Assembly (NCBI GenBank): GCA_964016885.1 | Contig: OZ024764.1 | Coordinates: forward strand, 28,768,001 to 28,832,000 | Length of the DNA: 64,000 bases | Source: Eledone cirrhosa | Lineage: Eukaryota | Reading direction: 5' to 3' | Part shown: piece by piece, positions 23,830 through 37,700 of the stretch | Layout of the letters: every line of letters begins with the position of its first letter | How positions within the stretch are numbered: the first letter of the stretch is position 1 | The notes under the pieces: generated by a model | The model's database searches: none | The model's input: only the letters and a program-made list of their open reading frames with translations | What the model was told of the DNA's origin: nothing | Translations under genes and position numbers: made by a program

Positions 23830-26800
23830 GAGAGAGATGAAACAAGTGAGGGATTAGAGTGTTGAAAGAAGAGAGAGAGAGCGAGATGAAATGACAGAGT
23901 GTGAGCGAGATGAAACGAGACAGGGAGAGCGAGATGAAACGAGAGAGTGAGAGCGAGATGAAACGAGAGAGTGAGAGCGAGATGAAACGAGAGAGAGAGA
24001 GCGAGATGAAATGAGAGAGAGAGAGCGAGATGAAATGAGAGAGAGAGAGCGAGATGAAACAGGAGAGAGAGAGCGAGATGAAACGAGAGGGAGAGAGAGA
24101 TAGAGGGAGATGAAACGACAGAGAGAGAGAGACAGATGAAACGAGAGAGAGAGAGATGAAATGAGAGAGAGGAAGAGTGAGATGGAACGAGAGAGAGGAA
24201 GACAGAGGTGAAACGAGAGAGAGAGAGAGCGAGATGAAACGAGAGAGAGGAAGAGAGAGAGCGCGAGATGAAACGAGAGAGAGAGAGCGCGAGATGAAAC
24301 TCTGTCATGTAATGTTATGGACATATCTGCCCTTGGGGCTAATAATTGTCATGTAATGTTATGGACATCTCTGCCCCTGTGGCTAATAACTCTGACATGT
24401 AATGTTATGGACATCTCTGCCCCTGTGGCTAATAATTCTGAGAGAGATGAAACAAGTGAGGGATTAGAGAGAGATAAAACAAGTGAGGGATTAGAGTGTT
24501 GAAACAAGAGGAAGAGAGAGAGAGAGAGCGAGATGAAATGAGACAGGGAGAGCGAGATGAAACGCAATAGTGAGAGAAGCGAGATGAAACGAGAGAGTGA
24601 GAGCGAGATGAAACGAGAGCGAGAGAGAGCGAGATGAAACGAGACAGAGAGAGCGAGATGTAATGAGAGAGAGAGAGAGCGGGATGGAACGAGACAGAGA
24701 GGAAACGAGAGTAGAGAGGGAGATGAAACGAGAGGGAGAGAGAGATGAAACGAGAGAGCGAGAGAGAGATGAAACGAGGGAGATAGAGATGAAACGAGAG
24801 AGAGGAAGAGAGAGATGGAACGAGAAAGAGGAAGAGAGAGATGGAACGAGAGAGAGGAAGACAGAGATGAAACGAGAGAGAGAGAGAGAGCGAGATGAAA
24901 CGAGACAGAGAGAGCGCGAGATGAAACGAGAGAGAGAGAGCACGAGATGAAACGACAGAGAGAGAGACAGATTGAAGGAGGGAGATACAGATAAAACGAG
25001 AGAGAGGATGAGAGAGATGGAACGAGAGAGAGGAATAGAGAGATGGAACGAGAGAGAGGAAGACAGAGATGAAACGAGAGAGAGAGAGAGCAAGATGAAA
25101 CGAGAGAGAGAGAGCGCAAGATGAAACGAGAGAGAGAGAGAGCGCGAGATGAAACTCTATCATGTAATGTTATTGATATATCTGCCCCTGTGGCTAATAA
25201 TTGTCATGTAATGTTATGGTCATCTCTGCCCCTGTGGCTAATAATTCTGTCATGTAATGTTATGGACGTCTCCGCCCCTGTGGCTAATAATTCTGACATG
25301 TAATGTTATGGACATCTCTGCCCCTGTGGCTAATAATTCTGACATGTAATGTTATGGACATCTCTGCCCTGTGGCTAATATTTCTGACATGTAATGTTAT
25401 GGACATCTCTGCCCCTGTGGCTAATAATTCTGAGAGAGATGAAACAAGTGAGGGATTAGAGAGAGATAAAACAAGTGAGGGATTAGAGTGTTGAAACAAG
25501 AGAGAGAGAGGAAGAGAGAGAGAGAGCGAGATGAAATGAGACAGGGAGAGTGAGATGAAACGCGAGATGAAACGAGAGAGTGAGAGCGAGATGAAACGAG
25601 AGAGACAGAGAGCGAGATGAAACGAGACAGAGAGAGCGAGATGTAATGAGAGAGAGAGAGAGCGGGATGGAACGAGACAGAGAGGAAACGAGAGAGAGGA
25701 AACGAGAGTAGAGAGCGAGATGAAACAGGAGAGAGAGAGCGAGATGAAACGAGAGGGAGAGAGAGATGAAACGAGGGAGATAGAGATGAAACGAGAGAGA
25801 GGAAGAGAGAGAGGAAGAGAGAGATGGAACGAGAGAGAGGAAGACAGAGATGAAACGAGAGAGAGAGAGAGCGAGATGAAACGAGAGAGAGAGAGCACGA
25901 GATGAAAGGAGAGAGAGAGAGCGCGAGATGAAACGACAGAGAGAGAGACAGATGAAAGGAGGGAGATAGAGATGAAACGAGAGAGAGGAAGAGAGAGATG
26001 GAACGAGAGAGAGGAAGAGAGAGATGAAAGACAGAGGTGAAACGAGAGAGAGAGAGATCGAGATGAAACGAGAGAGAGGAAGGGAGAGAGCGCGAGATGA
26101 AACGAGAGAGAGAGAGCGGGAGATGAAACTCTGTCATGTAATGTTATGCACATATCTGCCCTTGGGGCTAATAATTGTCATGTAATGTTATGGACATCTC
26201 TGCCCCTGTGGCTAATAACTCTGACATGTAATGTTATGGACATCTCTGCCCCAGTGGCTAATAATTCTGAGAGAGATGAAACAAGGGAGGGATTAGAGAG
26301 AGATAAAACAAGTGAGGGATTAGAGTGTTGAAACAAGAGAGAGAGAGGAAGAGAGAGAGAGAGAGCGAGATGAAATGAGACAGGGAGAGCGAGATGAAAC
26401 GCAATAGTAAGAGAAGCGAGATGAAACGAGCGAGTGAGATCGAGATGAAACGAGAGAGAGAGAGAGCGAGATGAAACGAGACAGAGAGAGCGAGATGTAA
26501 TGTGAGAGAGAGAGAGCGGGATGGAACGAGACAGAGAGGAAACGAGAGTAGAGAGCGAGATGAAACGAGAGGGAGAGAGAGATGAAACGAGAGAGCGAGA
26601 GAGAGATGAAACGAGGGAGATAGAGATGAAACGAGAGAGAGGAAGAGAGAGAGGAAGAGAGAGATGGAACGAGAGAGAGGAAGACAGAGATGAAACGAGA
26701 GAGAGAGAGAGCGAGATGAAACGAGACAGAGAGGGCGCGAGATGAAACGAGAGAGAGAGAGAGCACGAGATGAAACGACAGAGAGAGAGACAGATGAAAG

Positions 26801-29800
26801 GAGGGAGATAGAGATGAAACGAGAGAGAGGATGAGAGAGATGGAACGAGAGAGAGGAAGAGAGAGATGGAACGAGAGAGAGGAAGACAGAGATGAAACGA
26901 GAGAGAGAGAGAGCAAGATGAAACGAGAGAGAGAGAGCGCGAGATGAAACTCTATCATGTAATGTTATTGATATATCTGCCCCTGTGGCTAATAATTGTC
27001 ATGTAATGTTATGGTCATCTCTGCCCCTGTGGCTAATAATTCTGTCATGTAATGTTATGGACGTCTCCGCCCCTGTGGCTAATAATTCAGACATGTAATG
27101 TTATGGACATCTCTGCCCTTGTGGCTAATAACTCTGACATGTAATGTTATGGACATCTCTGCCCTGTGGCTAATAATTCTGACATGTAATGTTATGGACA
27201 TCTCTGCCCCTGTGGCTAATAATTCTGAGAGAGATGAAACAAGTGAGGGATTAGAGAGAGATAAAACAAGTGAGGGATTAGAGTGTTGAAACAAGAGAGA
27301 GAGAGGAAGAGAGAGAGAGAGAGCGAGATGAAATGAGACAGGGAGAGTGAGATGAAACGCGAGATGAAACGAGAGAGTGAGAGCGAGATGAAACGAGAGA
27401 GAGAGAGAGCGAGATGAAACGAGACAGAGAGAGCGAGATGTAATGAGAGAGAGAGAGAGCGGGATGGAACGAGACAGAGAGGAAACGAGAGTAGAGAGCG
27501 AGATGAAACAGGAGAGAGAGAGCGAGATGAAACGAGAGGGAGAGAGAGATGAAACGAGGGAGATAGTGATGAAACGAGAGAGAGGAAGAGAGGGAGGAAG
27601 AGAGAGATGGAACGAGAGAGAGGAAGACATAGATGAAACGAGAGAGAGAGAGAGCGAGATGAAACGAGAGAGAGAGAGCGCGAGATGAATCGAGAGAGAG
27701 AGAGCGCGAGATGAAACGACAGAGAGAGAGACAGATGAAAGGAGGGAGATAGAAATGAAACGAGAGAGAGGAAGAGAGAGATGGAACGAGAGAGAGGAAG
27801 AGAGAGATGAAAGACAGAGGTGAAACGAGAGAGAGAGAGAGAGAGATGAAACGAGAGAGAGGAAGGGAGAGAGCGCGAGATGAAACGAGAGAGAGAGAGC
27901 GCGAGATGAAACTCTGTCATGTAATGTTATGCACATATCTGCCCTTGGGGCTAATAATTGTCATGTAATGTTATGGACATCTCTGCCCCTGTGGCTAATA
28001 ACTCTGACATGTAATGTTATGGACATCTCTGCCCCAGTGGCTAATAATTCTGAGAGAGATGAAACAAGGGAGGGATTAGAGAGAGATAAAACAAGTGAGG
28101 GATTAGAGTGTTGAAACAAGAGAGAGAGAGGAAGAGAGAGAGAGAGAGCGAGATGAAATGAGACAGGGAGAGCGAGATGAAACGCAATAGTGAGAGAAGC
28201 GAGATGAAACGAGCGAGTGAGATCGAGATGAAACGAGAGAGAGAGAGAGCGAGATGAAACGAGACAGAGAGAGCGAGATGTAAAAACGAGAGAGAGAGAG
28301 CGGGATGGAACGAGACAGAGAGGAAACGAGAGTAGAGAGCGAGATGAAACGAGAGGAAGAGAGAGAGGAAGAGAGAGATGGAACGAGAGAGAGGAAGACA
28401 GAGATGAAACGAGAGAGAGAGAGAGCGAGATGAAACGAGACAGAGAGGGCGCGAGATGAAACGAGAGAGAGAGAGCACGAGATGAAACGACAGAGAGAGA
28501 GACAGATGAAAGGAGGGAGATAGAGATGAAACGAGAGAGAGGATGAGAGAGATGGAACGAGAGAGAGGAAGAGAGAGATGGAACGAGAGAGAGGAAGACA
28601 GAGATGAAACGAGAGAGAGAGAGAGCAAGATGAAACGAGAGAGAGAGAGCGCGAGATGAAACTCTATCATGTAATGTTATTGATATATCTGCCCCTGTGG
28701 CTAATAATTGTCATGTAATGTTATGGTCATCTCTGCCCCTGTGGCTAATAATTCTGTCATGTAATGTTATGGACGTCTCCGCCCCTGTGGCTAATAATTC
28801 AGACATGTAATGTTATGGACATCTCTGCCCCTGTGGCTAATAACTCTGACATGTAATGTTATGGACATCTCTGCCCTGTGGCTAATAATTCTGACATGTA
28901 ATGTTATGGACATCTCTGCCCCTGTGGCTAATAATTCTGAGAGAGATGAAACAAGTGAGGGATTAGAGAGAGATAAAACAAGTGAGGGATTAGAGTGTTG
29001 AAACAAGAGAGAGAGAGGAAGAGAGAGAGAGAGAGCGAGATGAAATGAGACAGGGAGAGTGAGATGAAACGCGAGATGAAACGAGAGAGTGAGAGCGAGA
29101 TGAAACGAGAGAGAGAGAGAGCGAGATGAAACGAGACAGAGAGAGCGAGATGTAATGAGAGAGAGAGAGAGCGGGATGGAACGAGACAGAGAGGAAACGA
29201 GAGTAGAGAGCGAGATGAAACAGGAGAGAGAGAGCGAGATGAAACGAGAGGGAGAGAGAGATGAAACGAGGGAGATAGTGATGAAACGAGAGAGAGGAAG
29301 AGAGGGAGGAAGAGAGAGATGGAACGAGAGAGAGGAAGACAGAGATGAAACGAGAGAGAGAGAGAGCGAGATGAAACGAGAGAGAGAGAGCGCGAGATGA
29401 ATCGAGAGAGAGAGAGCGCGAGGTGAAACGACAGAGAGAGAGACAGATGAAAGGAGGGAGATAGAAATGAAACGAGAGAGAGGAAGAGAGAGATGGAACG
29501 AGAGAGAGGAAGAGAGAGATGAAAGACAGAGGTGAAACGAGAGAGAGAGAGAGAGAGATGAAACGAGAGAGAGGAAGGGAGAGAGCGCGAGATGAAACGA
29601 GAGAGAGAGAGCGCGAGATGAAACTCTGTCATGTAATGTTATGCACATATCTGCCCTTGGGGCTAATAATTGTCATGTAATGTTATGGACATCTCTGCCC
29701 CTGTGGCTAATAACTCTGACATGTAATGTTATGGACATCTCTGCCCCAGTGGCTAATAATTCTGAGAGAGATGAAACAAGGGAGGGATTAGAGAGAGATA

Positions 29801-32800
29801 AAACAAGTGAGGGATTAGAGTGTTGAAACAAGAGAGAGAGAGGAAGAGAGAGAGAGAGAGCGAGATGAAATGAGACAGGGAGAGCGAGATGAAACGCAAT
29901 AGTGAGAGAAGCGAGATGAAACGAGCGAGTGAGATCGAGATGAAACGAGAGAGAGAGAGAGCGAGATGAAACGAGACAGAGAGAGCGAGATGTAAAAACG
30001 AGAGAGAGAGAGCGGGATGGAACGAGACAGAGAGGAAACGAGAGTAGAGAGCGAGATGAAACGAGAGGAAGAGAGAGAGGAAGAGAGAGATGGAACGAGA
30101 GAGAGGAAGACAGAGATGAAACGAGAGAGAGAGAGAGCGAGATGAAACGAGACAGAGAGGGCGCGAGATGAAACGAGAGAGAGAGAGCACGAGATGAAAC
30201 GACAGAGAGAGAGACAGATGAAAGGAGGGAGATAGAGATGAAACGAGAGAGAGGATGAGAGAGATGGAACGAGAGAGAGGAAGAGAGAGATGGAATGAGA
30301 GAGAGGAAGACAGAGATGAAACGAGAGAGAGAGAGTGCAAGATGAAACGAGAGAGAGAGAGCGCGAGATGAAACTCTATCATGTAATGTTATTGATATAT
30401 CTGCCCCTGTGGCTAATAATTGTCATGTAATGTTATGGTCATCTCTGCCCCTGTGGCTAATAATTCTGTCATGTAATGTTATGGACGTCTCCGCCCCTGT
30501 GGCTAATAATTCAGACATGTAATGTTATGGACATCTCTGCCCCTGTGGCTAATAACTCTGACATGTAATGTTATGGACATCTCTGCCCTGTGGCTAATAA
30601 TTCTGACATGTAATGTTATGGACATCTCTGCCCCTGTGGCTAATAATTCTGAGAGAGATGAAACAAGTGAGGGATTAGAGAGAGATAAAACAAGTGAGGG
30701 ATTAGAGTGTTGAAACAAGAGAGAGAGAGGAAGAGAGAGAGAGAGAGCGAGATGAAATGAGACAGGGAGAGTGAGATGAAACGCGAGATGAAACGAGAGA
30801 GTGAGAGCGAGATGAAACGAGAGAGAGAGAGAGCGAGATGAAACGAGACAGAGAGAGCGAGATGTAATGAGAGAGAGAGAGAGCGGGATGGAACGAGACA
30901 GAGAGGAAACGAGAGTAGAGAGCGAGATGAAACAGGAGAGAGAGAGCGAGATGAAACGAGAGGGAGAGAGAGATGAAACGAGGGAGATAGTGATGAAACG
31001 AGAGAGAGGAAGAGAGGGAGGAAGAGAGAGATGGAACGAGAGAGAGGAAGACAGAGATGAAACGAGAGAGAGAGAGAGCGAGATGAAACGAGAGAGAGAG
31101 AGCGCGAGATGAATCGAGAGAGAGTGAGCGCGAGATGAAACGACAGAGAGAGAGACAGATGAAAGGAGGGAGATAGAAATGAAACGAGAGAGAGGAAGAG
31201 AGAGATGGAACGAGAGAGAGGAAGAGAGAGATGGAACGAGAGAGAGGAAGAGAGAGATGGAACGAGAGAGAGGAAGACAGAGATGAAACGAGAGAGAGCG
31301 AGATGAAACGAGAGAGCGAGATGAAACGAGAGAGAGAGAGAGCGAGATGAAACGAGAGAGAGCAAGAGAGAGAGCGCGAGATGAAACTCTGTCATGTAAT
31401 GTTATGGACATATCTGCCCTTCGGGCTAATAATTGTCATGTAATGTTATGGACATCACTGGCCCTGTGGCTAATAATTCTGTCATGTAATGTTATGGACA
31501 TCTCTGCCCCTGTGGCTAATAATTCTTACATGTAATGTTATGGACATCTCTCCCCCTGTGGCTAATAATTCTGAGAGAGATGAAACAAGTGGGGGATTAG
31601 AGAGAGATAAAACAAGTGAGGGATTAGAGTGTTGAAACGAGAGAGTGAGAGCGAGATGAAACGAGACAGAGAGAGCGAGATGTAATGAGAGAGAGAGAGA
31701 GCGGGATGGAACGAGACAGAGAGGAAACGAGAGTAGAGAGCGAGATGAAACGAGAGGGAGAGAGAGATGAAACGAGAGAGCGAGAGAGAGATGAAACGAG
31801 GGAGATAGAGATGAAACGAGAGAGAGGAAGAGAGAGATGGAACGAGAGAGAGGAAGACAGAGATGAAACGAGAGAGAGAGAGAGCGAGATGAAACGAGAG
31901 AGAGAGAGCGCAAGATGAAACGAGAGAGAGAGAGCGCGAGATGAAACGACAGAGAGAGAGACAGATGAAAGGAGGGAGATAGAGATGAAACGAGAGAGAG
32001 GAAGAGAGAGTTGGAACGAGAGAGAGGAAGAGGGAGATGGAACGAGAGAGAGGAAGACAGAGATGAAACGAGAGAGAGGAAGAGAGAGAGCGCGAGATGA
32101 AACTCTCTCATGTAATGTTATCGACATATCTGCCCTTGGGGCTAATAATTGTCATGTAATGTTATGGACATCTCTGCCCCTATGGCTAATAATTCTGACA
32201 TGTAATGTTATGGACATCTCTGCCCCTGTGGCTAATAATTCTGTCATGTAATGTTATGGACATCTCTGCCCCTGTGGCTAATAATTCTTACATGTAATGT
32301 TATGGACATCTCTGCCCCTGTGGCTAATAATTCTGACGTAATGTTATGGACATCTCTGCCCTGTGGCTAATAATTCTGACATGCAATGTTATGGACATCT
32401 CTGCCCCTGTGGCTAATAATTCTGAGAGAGATGAGCCAAGTGAGGGATTAGAGAGAGATAAAACAAGTGAGGGATTAGAGTGTTGAAACAAGAGAGAGAG
32501 AGGAAGAGAGAGAGAGAGCGAGATGAAACAAGAGAGTGAGAGAAGCAAGATGAAACGAGAGAGTGAGAGCGAGATCAAACGAGAAAGAGAGAGAGCGAGA
32601 TGAAACGAGACAGAGATGAAACGAGAGAGAGAGGAAATGAGAGAGAGGAAACGAGAGTAGAGAGCGAGATGAAACAGGAGAGAGAGAGCGAGAAGAAACG
32701 AGCGGGAGAGAGAGATGAAACGAGAGAGCGAGAGAGAGATGAAACGAGGGAGATAGAGATGAAACGAGAGAGAGGAAGAGAGAGATGGAACGAGAGAGAG

Positions 32801-34788
32801 GAAGAGAGAGATGGAACGAGAGAGATGAAACGAGAGAGAGCGAGATGAAACGAGACAGAGAGAGCGCGAGATGAAACGAGAGAGAGAGAGCGCGAGATGA
32901 AACGACAGAGAGAGAGACAGATGAAAGGAGGGAGATAGAGATGAAACGAGAGAGAGGATGAGAGAGATGGAACGAGGGAGAGGAAGAGAGAGATGGAACG
33001 AGAGAGAGGAAGACAGAGATGAAACGAGAGAGAGAGCAAGATGAAACGAGAGAGAGAGAGAGCGCAAGATGAAACGAGAGAGAGAGAGCGCGAGATGAAA
33101 CTCTGTCATGTAATGTTATTGACATATCTGCCCCTGTGGCTAATAATTTTCATGTAATGTTATGGTCATCTCTGCCCCTGTGGCTAATAATTCTGTCATG
33201 TAATGTTATGGACATCTCTGCCCTTGTGGCTAATAATTCTGACATGTAATGTTATGGTCATCTCTGTCCCTGTGGCTAATAATTCTGAGAGATAGTAAAC
33301 AAGTGAGGGATTAGAGTGTTGAAACAAGAGAGAGAGAGCGAGAAGAAATGAGAGAGTGAGAGCGGGATGAAACGAGAGAGGGAGAGCGAGATGAAACGAG
33401 AGAGAGAGAGCGAGATGAAATGAGAGAGAGAGAGCGAGATGAAACGGGAGGGAGAGAGAGATGAAACGAGAGTAGAGAGCGAGATGAAACAGGAGAGAGA
33501 GAGCGAGATGAAATGAGAGGGAGAGAGAGATGAAACGAGAGAGCGAGAGAGAGATGAAACGAGGGAGAGGAAGAGAGAGATGGAACGAGAGAGAGGAAGA
33601 CAGAGATGGAACGAGAGAGAGGAAGACAGAGATGAAACGAGAGAGAGAGAGCGAGATGAAACAGGAGAGAGAGAGCGAGATGAAACAGGAGAGAGAGAGC
33701 GAGATGAAACGAGAGGGAGAGAGAGATGAAACGAGAGAGCGAGAGAGAGATGAAACAAGGGAGATAGAGATGAAACGAGAGAGAGGAAGAGAGAGATGGA
33801 ACGAGAGAGAGGAAGAGAGAGATGGCACGAGAGAGAGGAAGACAGAGATGAAACGAGAGAGAGAGAGCGAGATGAAACGAGAGAGAGAGAGCGCGACATG
33901 AAACGAGAGAGAGAGAGCGCGAGATGAAACTACAGAGAGCGAGACAGATGAAAGAAGGGAGATAGAGATGAAACGAGAGAGAGGAAGAGAGAGATGGAAC
34001 GAGAGAGAGGAAGAGAGAGATGGAACGAGAGAAAGGAAGACAGAGATGAAACGAGAGAGAGAGCGAGATGAAACGAGAGAGAGAGAGCGCAAGATGAAAC
34101 GAGAGAGAGAGAGCGCGAGATGAAACGACAGAGAGAGAGACAGATAAAAGGAGGGAGATAGAGATGAAACGAGAGAGAGGATGAGAGAGATGGAACGAGA
34201 GAGAGGAAGAGAGAGATGGAACGAGAGAGAGGAAGACAGAGATGAAACGAGAGAGAGAGAGAGCAAGACGAAACGAGAGAGAGAGAGAGCGCAAGATGAA
34301 ACGAGAGAGAGAGAGAGCGCGAGATGAAACGACAGAGAGAGAGACAGATGAAAGAAGGGAGATAGAAATGAAACGAGAGAGAGGAAGAGAGAGATGGAAC
34401 GAGAGAGAGGAAGTGAGAGATGGAACGAGAGAGAGGAAGACAGAGATGAAACGAGAGAGAGAGAGAGCGAGATGAAACGAGAGAGAGGAAGACAGAGATG
34501 AAACGAGAGAGAGGGAGAGCGAGATGAAACGAGAGAGAGAGCGCGCAAGATGAAACTCTGTCATGTAATGTTATTGACATATCTGACCCTGTGGCTAATA
34601 ATTCTGTCATGTAATGTTATGGTCATCTCTGCCCCTGCGGCGAATAATTCTGTCATGTAATGTTATGGACATCTCTGCCCCTGTGGCTAATAATTCTGAC
34701 ATGTAATGTTATGGAAATCTATGCCCCTGTGGCTAATAATTCTGTCATGTAATGTTATGGACATCTCTGCCCCTGTGGCTAATAAATC
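23264..34788. repeat. Composite satellite, left arm (GA on + strand): 12 GA-rich blocks separated by short 46-bp runs
   Basis: Blocks begin GAGAGATGAAACAAGTGAGGGATTAGAG and end GAGATGAAACTCT. A two-block period of 1712 bp is seen at 27079, 28791 and 30503. Confidence 0.95.
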
Positions 34789-37700
34789 AGAATTATTAGC
34801 CACAGGGGCAGAGATGTCCATAACATTACATGTCAGAATTATTAGCCACAGGGGCAGAGATGTCCATAACATTACATGTCAGAATTATTAGCCACAGGGG
34901 CAGAGATGTCCATAACATTACATGACAGATTTATTAGCCACAGGGGCAGAGATGTCCATAACATTACATGTCAGAATTATTAGCCACAGGGGCAGAGATG
35001 TCCATAACATTACATGACAGATTTATTAGCCACAGGGGCAGAGATGTCCATAACATTACATGTCATATTTATTAGCCACAGGGGCAGAGATGTCCATAAC
35101 ATTACATGTCAGAATTATTAGCCACAGGGGCAGAGATGTCCATAACATTACATGACAGATTTATTAGCCACAGGGGCAGAGATGTTCATAACATTACATG
35201 ACAGAATTATTAGCCACAGGGGCAGAGATGTCCATAACATTACATGACAGAATTATTAGCCACAGGGGCAGAGATTTCCATAACATTACATGACAATTAT
35301 TAGCCCCAAGGGCAGATATGTCCATAACATTACATGACAGACTTTCATCTCGCGCTCTCTCTCTCTCGTTTCATCTTGCGCTCTCTCTCTTCCTCTCTCT
35401 CGTTTCATCTTGCTCTCTCTCTCGTTTCATCTCGCGTTCTCTCTCTTCCTCTCTCTCGTTTCATCTCGCTCTCTCTCTCTCTCGTTTCATCTCTGTCTTC
35501 CTCTCTCTCGTTCCATCTCTCTCTTCCTCTCTCTCGTTCCATCTCTCTCTTCCTCTCTCTCGTTTCATCTCTCTCTCTCGTTTCATCTCTATCTCCCTCG
35601 TTTCATCTGTCTCTCTCTCTGTCGTTTCATCTCCCTCTATCTCTCTCTCGCTCTCTCGTTTCATCTCTCTCTCCCTCTCCTTTCATCTCGCTCTCTCTCT
35701 CCTGTTTCATCTCGCTCTCTCTCTCCTGTTTCATCTCGCTCTCTACTCTCGTTTCCTCTCTCTCGTATCCTCTCTCTCGTTTCCTCTCTCTCTCGTTTCC
35801 TCTAGCTCTCGTTTCCTCTAGCTCTCACTCTCTCGTTTCATCTCGCTCTCTCTCTCTCATTTCATCTCGCTCTCTCTCTCTCTCGTTTCATCTCGCTCTA
35901 ATCTGTCTCGTTTCATTTCGCTCTCTCTCTCTCTCGTTTCATCTCGCTCTCTCTGTCTCGTTTCATCTCGCTCTCTCTCTCTCATTTCATCTCGCTCTCT
36001 CTCTCTCATTTCATCTCGCTCTCTCTCTCTCGTTTCATCTCGCTCTCACTCTCTCATTTCATCTCGCTCTCTCTCTCTCGTTTGATCTCGCTCTCACTCT
36101 CTCTTCCTCTCTCTCTCTTGTTTCAACACTCTAATCCCTCACTTGTTTCATCTCTCTCTTATCCCTCACTTGTTTCATCTCTCTCAGAATTATTAGCCAC
36201 AGGGGCAGAGATATCCATAACATTACATGTCAGAATTATTAGCCACAGGGGCAGAGATGTCCATAACATTACATGACAGATTTATTAGCCACAGGGGCAG
36301 AGATGTCCATAACATTACATGACGAATTTATTAGCCACAGGGGCAGAGATGTCCATAACATTACATGACAGAATTATTAGCCACAGGGGCAGAGATGTCC
36401 ATAACATTACATGACATAATTATTAGCCACAGGGACAGAGATGTCCATAACATTACATGACAGAATTATTTGCCACAGGGGCAGAGATGTAAATAACATT
36501 ACATGACAATTATTAGCCCCAAGGGCAGATATGTCCATAACATTACATGACAATTATTAACCCCAGGGGCAGATATGTCCATAACATTACATGACAGACT
36601 TTCATCTCGCGCTCTCTCTCTTCCTCTCTCTCGTTTCATCTCGCTCTCTCTCTCTCTCGTTTCATCTCGCTCTCTCTCTCTCTCGTTTCATCTCGCTCTC
36701 TCTCTCGTTTCATCTCGCGCTCTCTCTCTTCCTCTCTCTCGTTTCATCTCGCTCTCTCTCTCTCGTTTCATATCTGTCTTCCTCTCTCTCGTTCCATCTC
36801 TCTATTCCTCTCTCTCTCGTTTCATCTAGCTATCACTCTCTCGTTTCATCTCCCTCTATCTCTCTCTCGCTCTCTCGTTTCATCTCTCCCTCCCACTCGT
36901 TTCATCTCGCTCTCTCTCTCCGGTTTCATCTCGCTCTCTCTCTCTCCTGTTTCATCTTGCTCTCTACTCTCGTTTCCTCTCTCTCGTTTCCTCTCTCTCG
37001 TTTCCTCTCTCTCTCTCGTTTCATCTAGCTCTCACTCTCTCGTTTCATCTCGCTCTCTCTGACTCGTTCCATCTCGCTCTCACTCTCTCGTTTCATCTCG
37101 CTCTCTCTCTCTCATTTCATCTCGCTCTCTCTCTCTCATTTCATCTCGATCTCTCTGTCTCGTTTCATCCCGCTCTCTCTGTCTCGTTTCATCTCGCTCT
37201 CTCTCTCTCATTTCATCTCGCTCTCTCTCTCTCATTTCATCTCGCTCTCTCTCACTCTCTCGTTTCATCTCACTCTCAATCTCTCATTTCATCTCGCTCT
37301 CTCTCTCTCATTTCATCTCGCGCTCTATCTCTTCCTCTCTCTCGTTTCATCTCGCGCTCTCTCTCTTCCTCTCTCTCGTTTCATCTCGCTCTCTCTCTCT
37401 CTCTCGTTTCATCTTGCGCTCTCTCTCTTCCTCTCTCTCGTTTCATCTCGATCTCTCTCTGTCTCGTTTCATCTCTGTCTTCCTCTCGCTCGTTCCATCT
37501 CTCTCTTCCTCTCTCTCGTTCCATCTCTCTCTTCCTCTCTCTCGTTACATCTCTCTCTCTCGTTTCATCTTGCTCTCTCTCTCTCTCGTTTCATCTCTGT
37601 CTTCCTCTCTCTCGTTCCATCTCTCTCTTCCTCTCTCTCGTTCCATCTCTCTCTTCCTCTCTCTCGTTTCATCTCTCTCTCTCGTTTCATCTCTATCTCC

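Noticed and set aside
23826-23850. Satellite hammerhead ribozyme (CTGA...GAAAC), also CTGAAGA at ~53272
   Set aside because: CTGAGAG does not fit CUGANGA and I could not build stems I-III. The 53272 site lacks a suitably placed GAAA.
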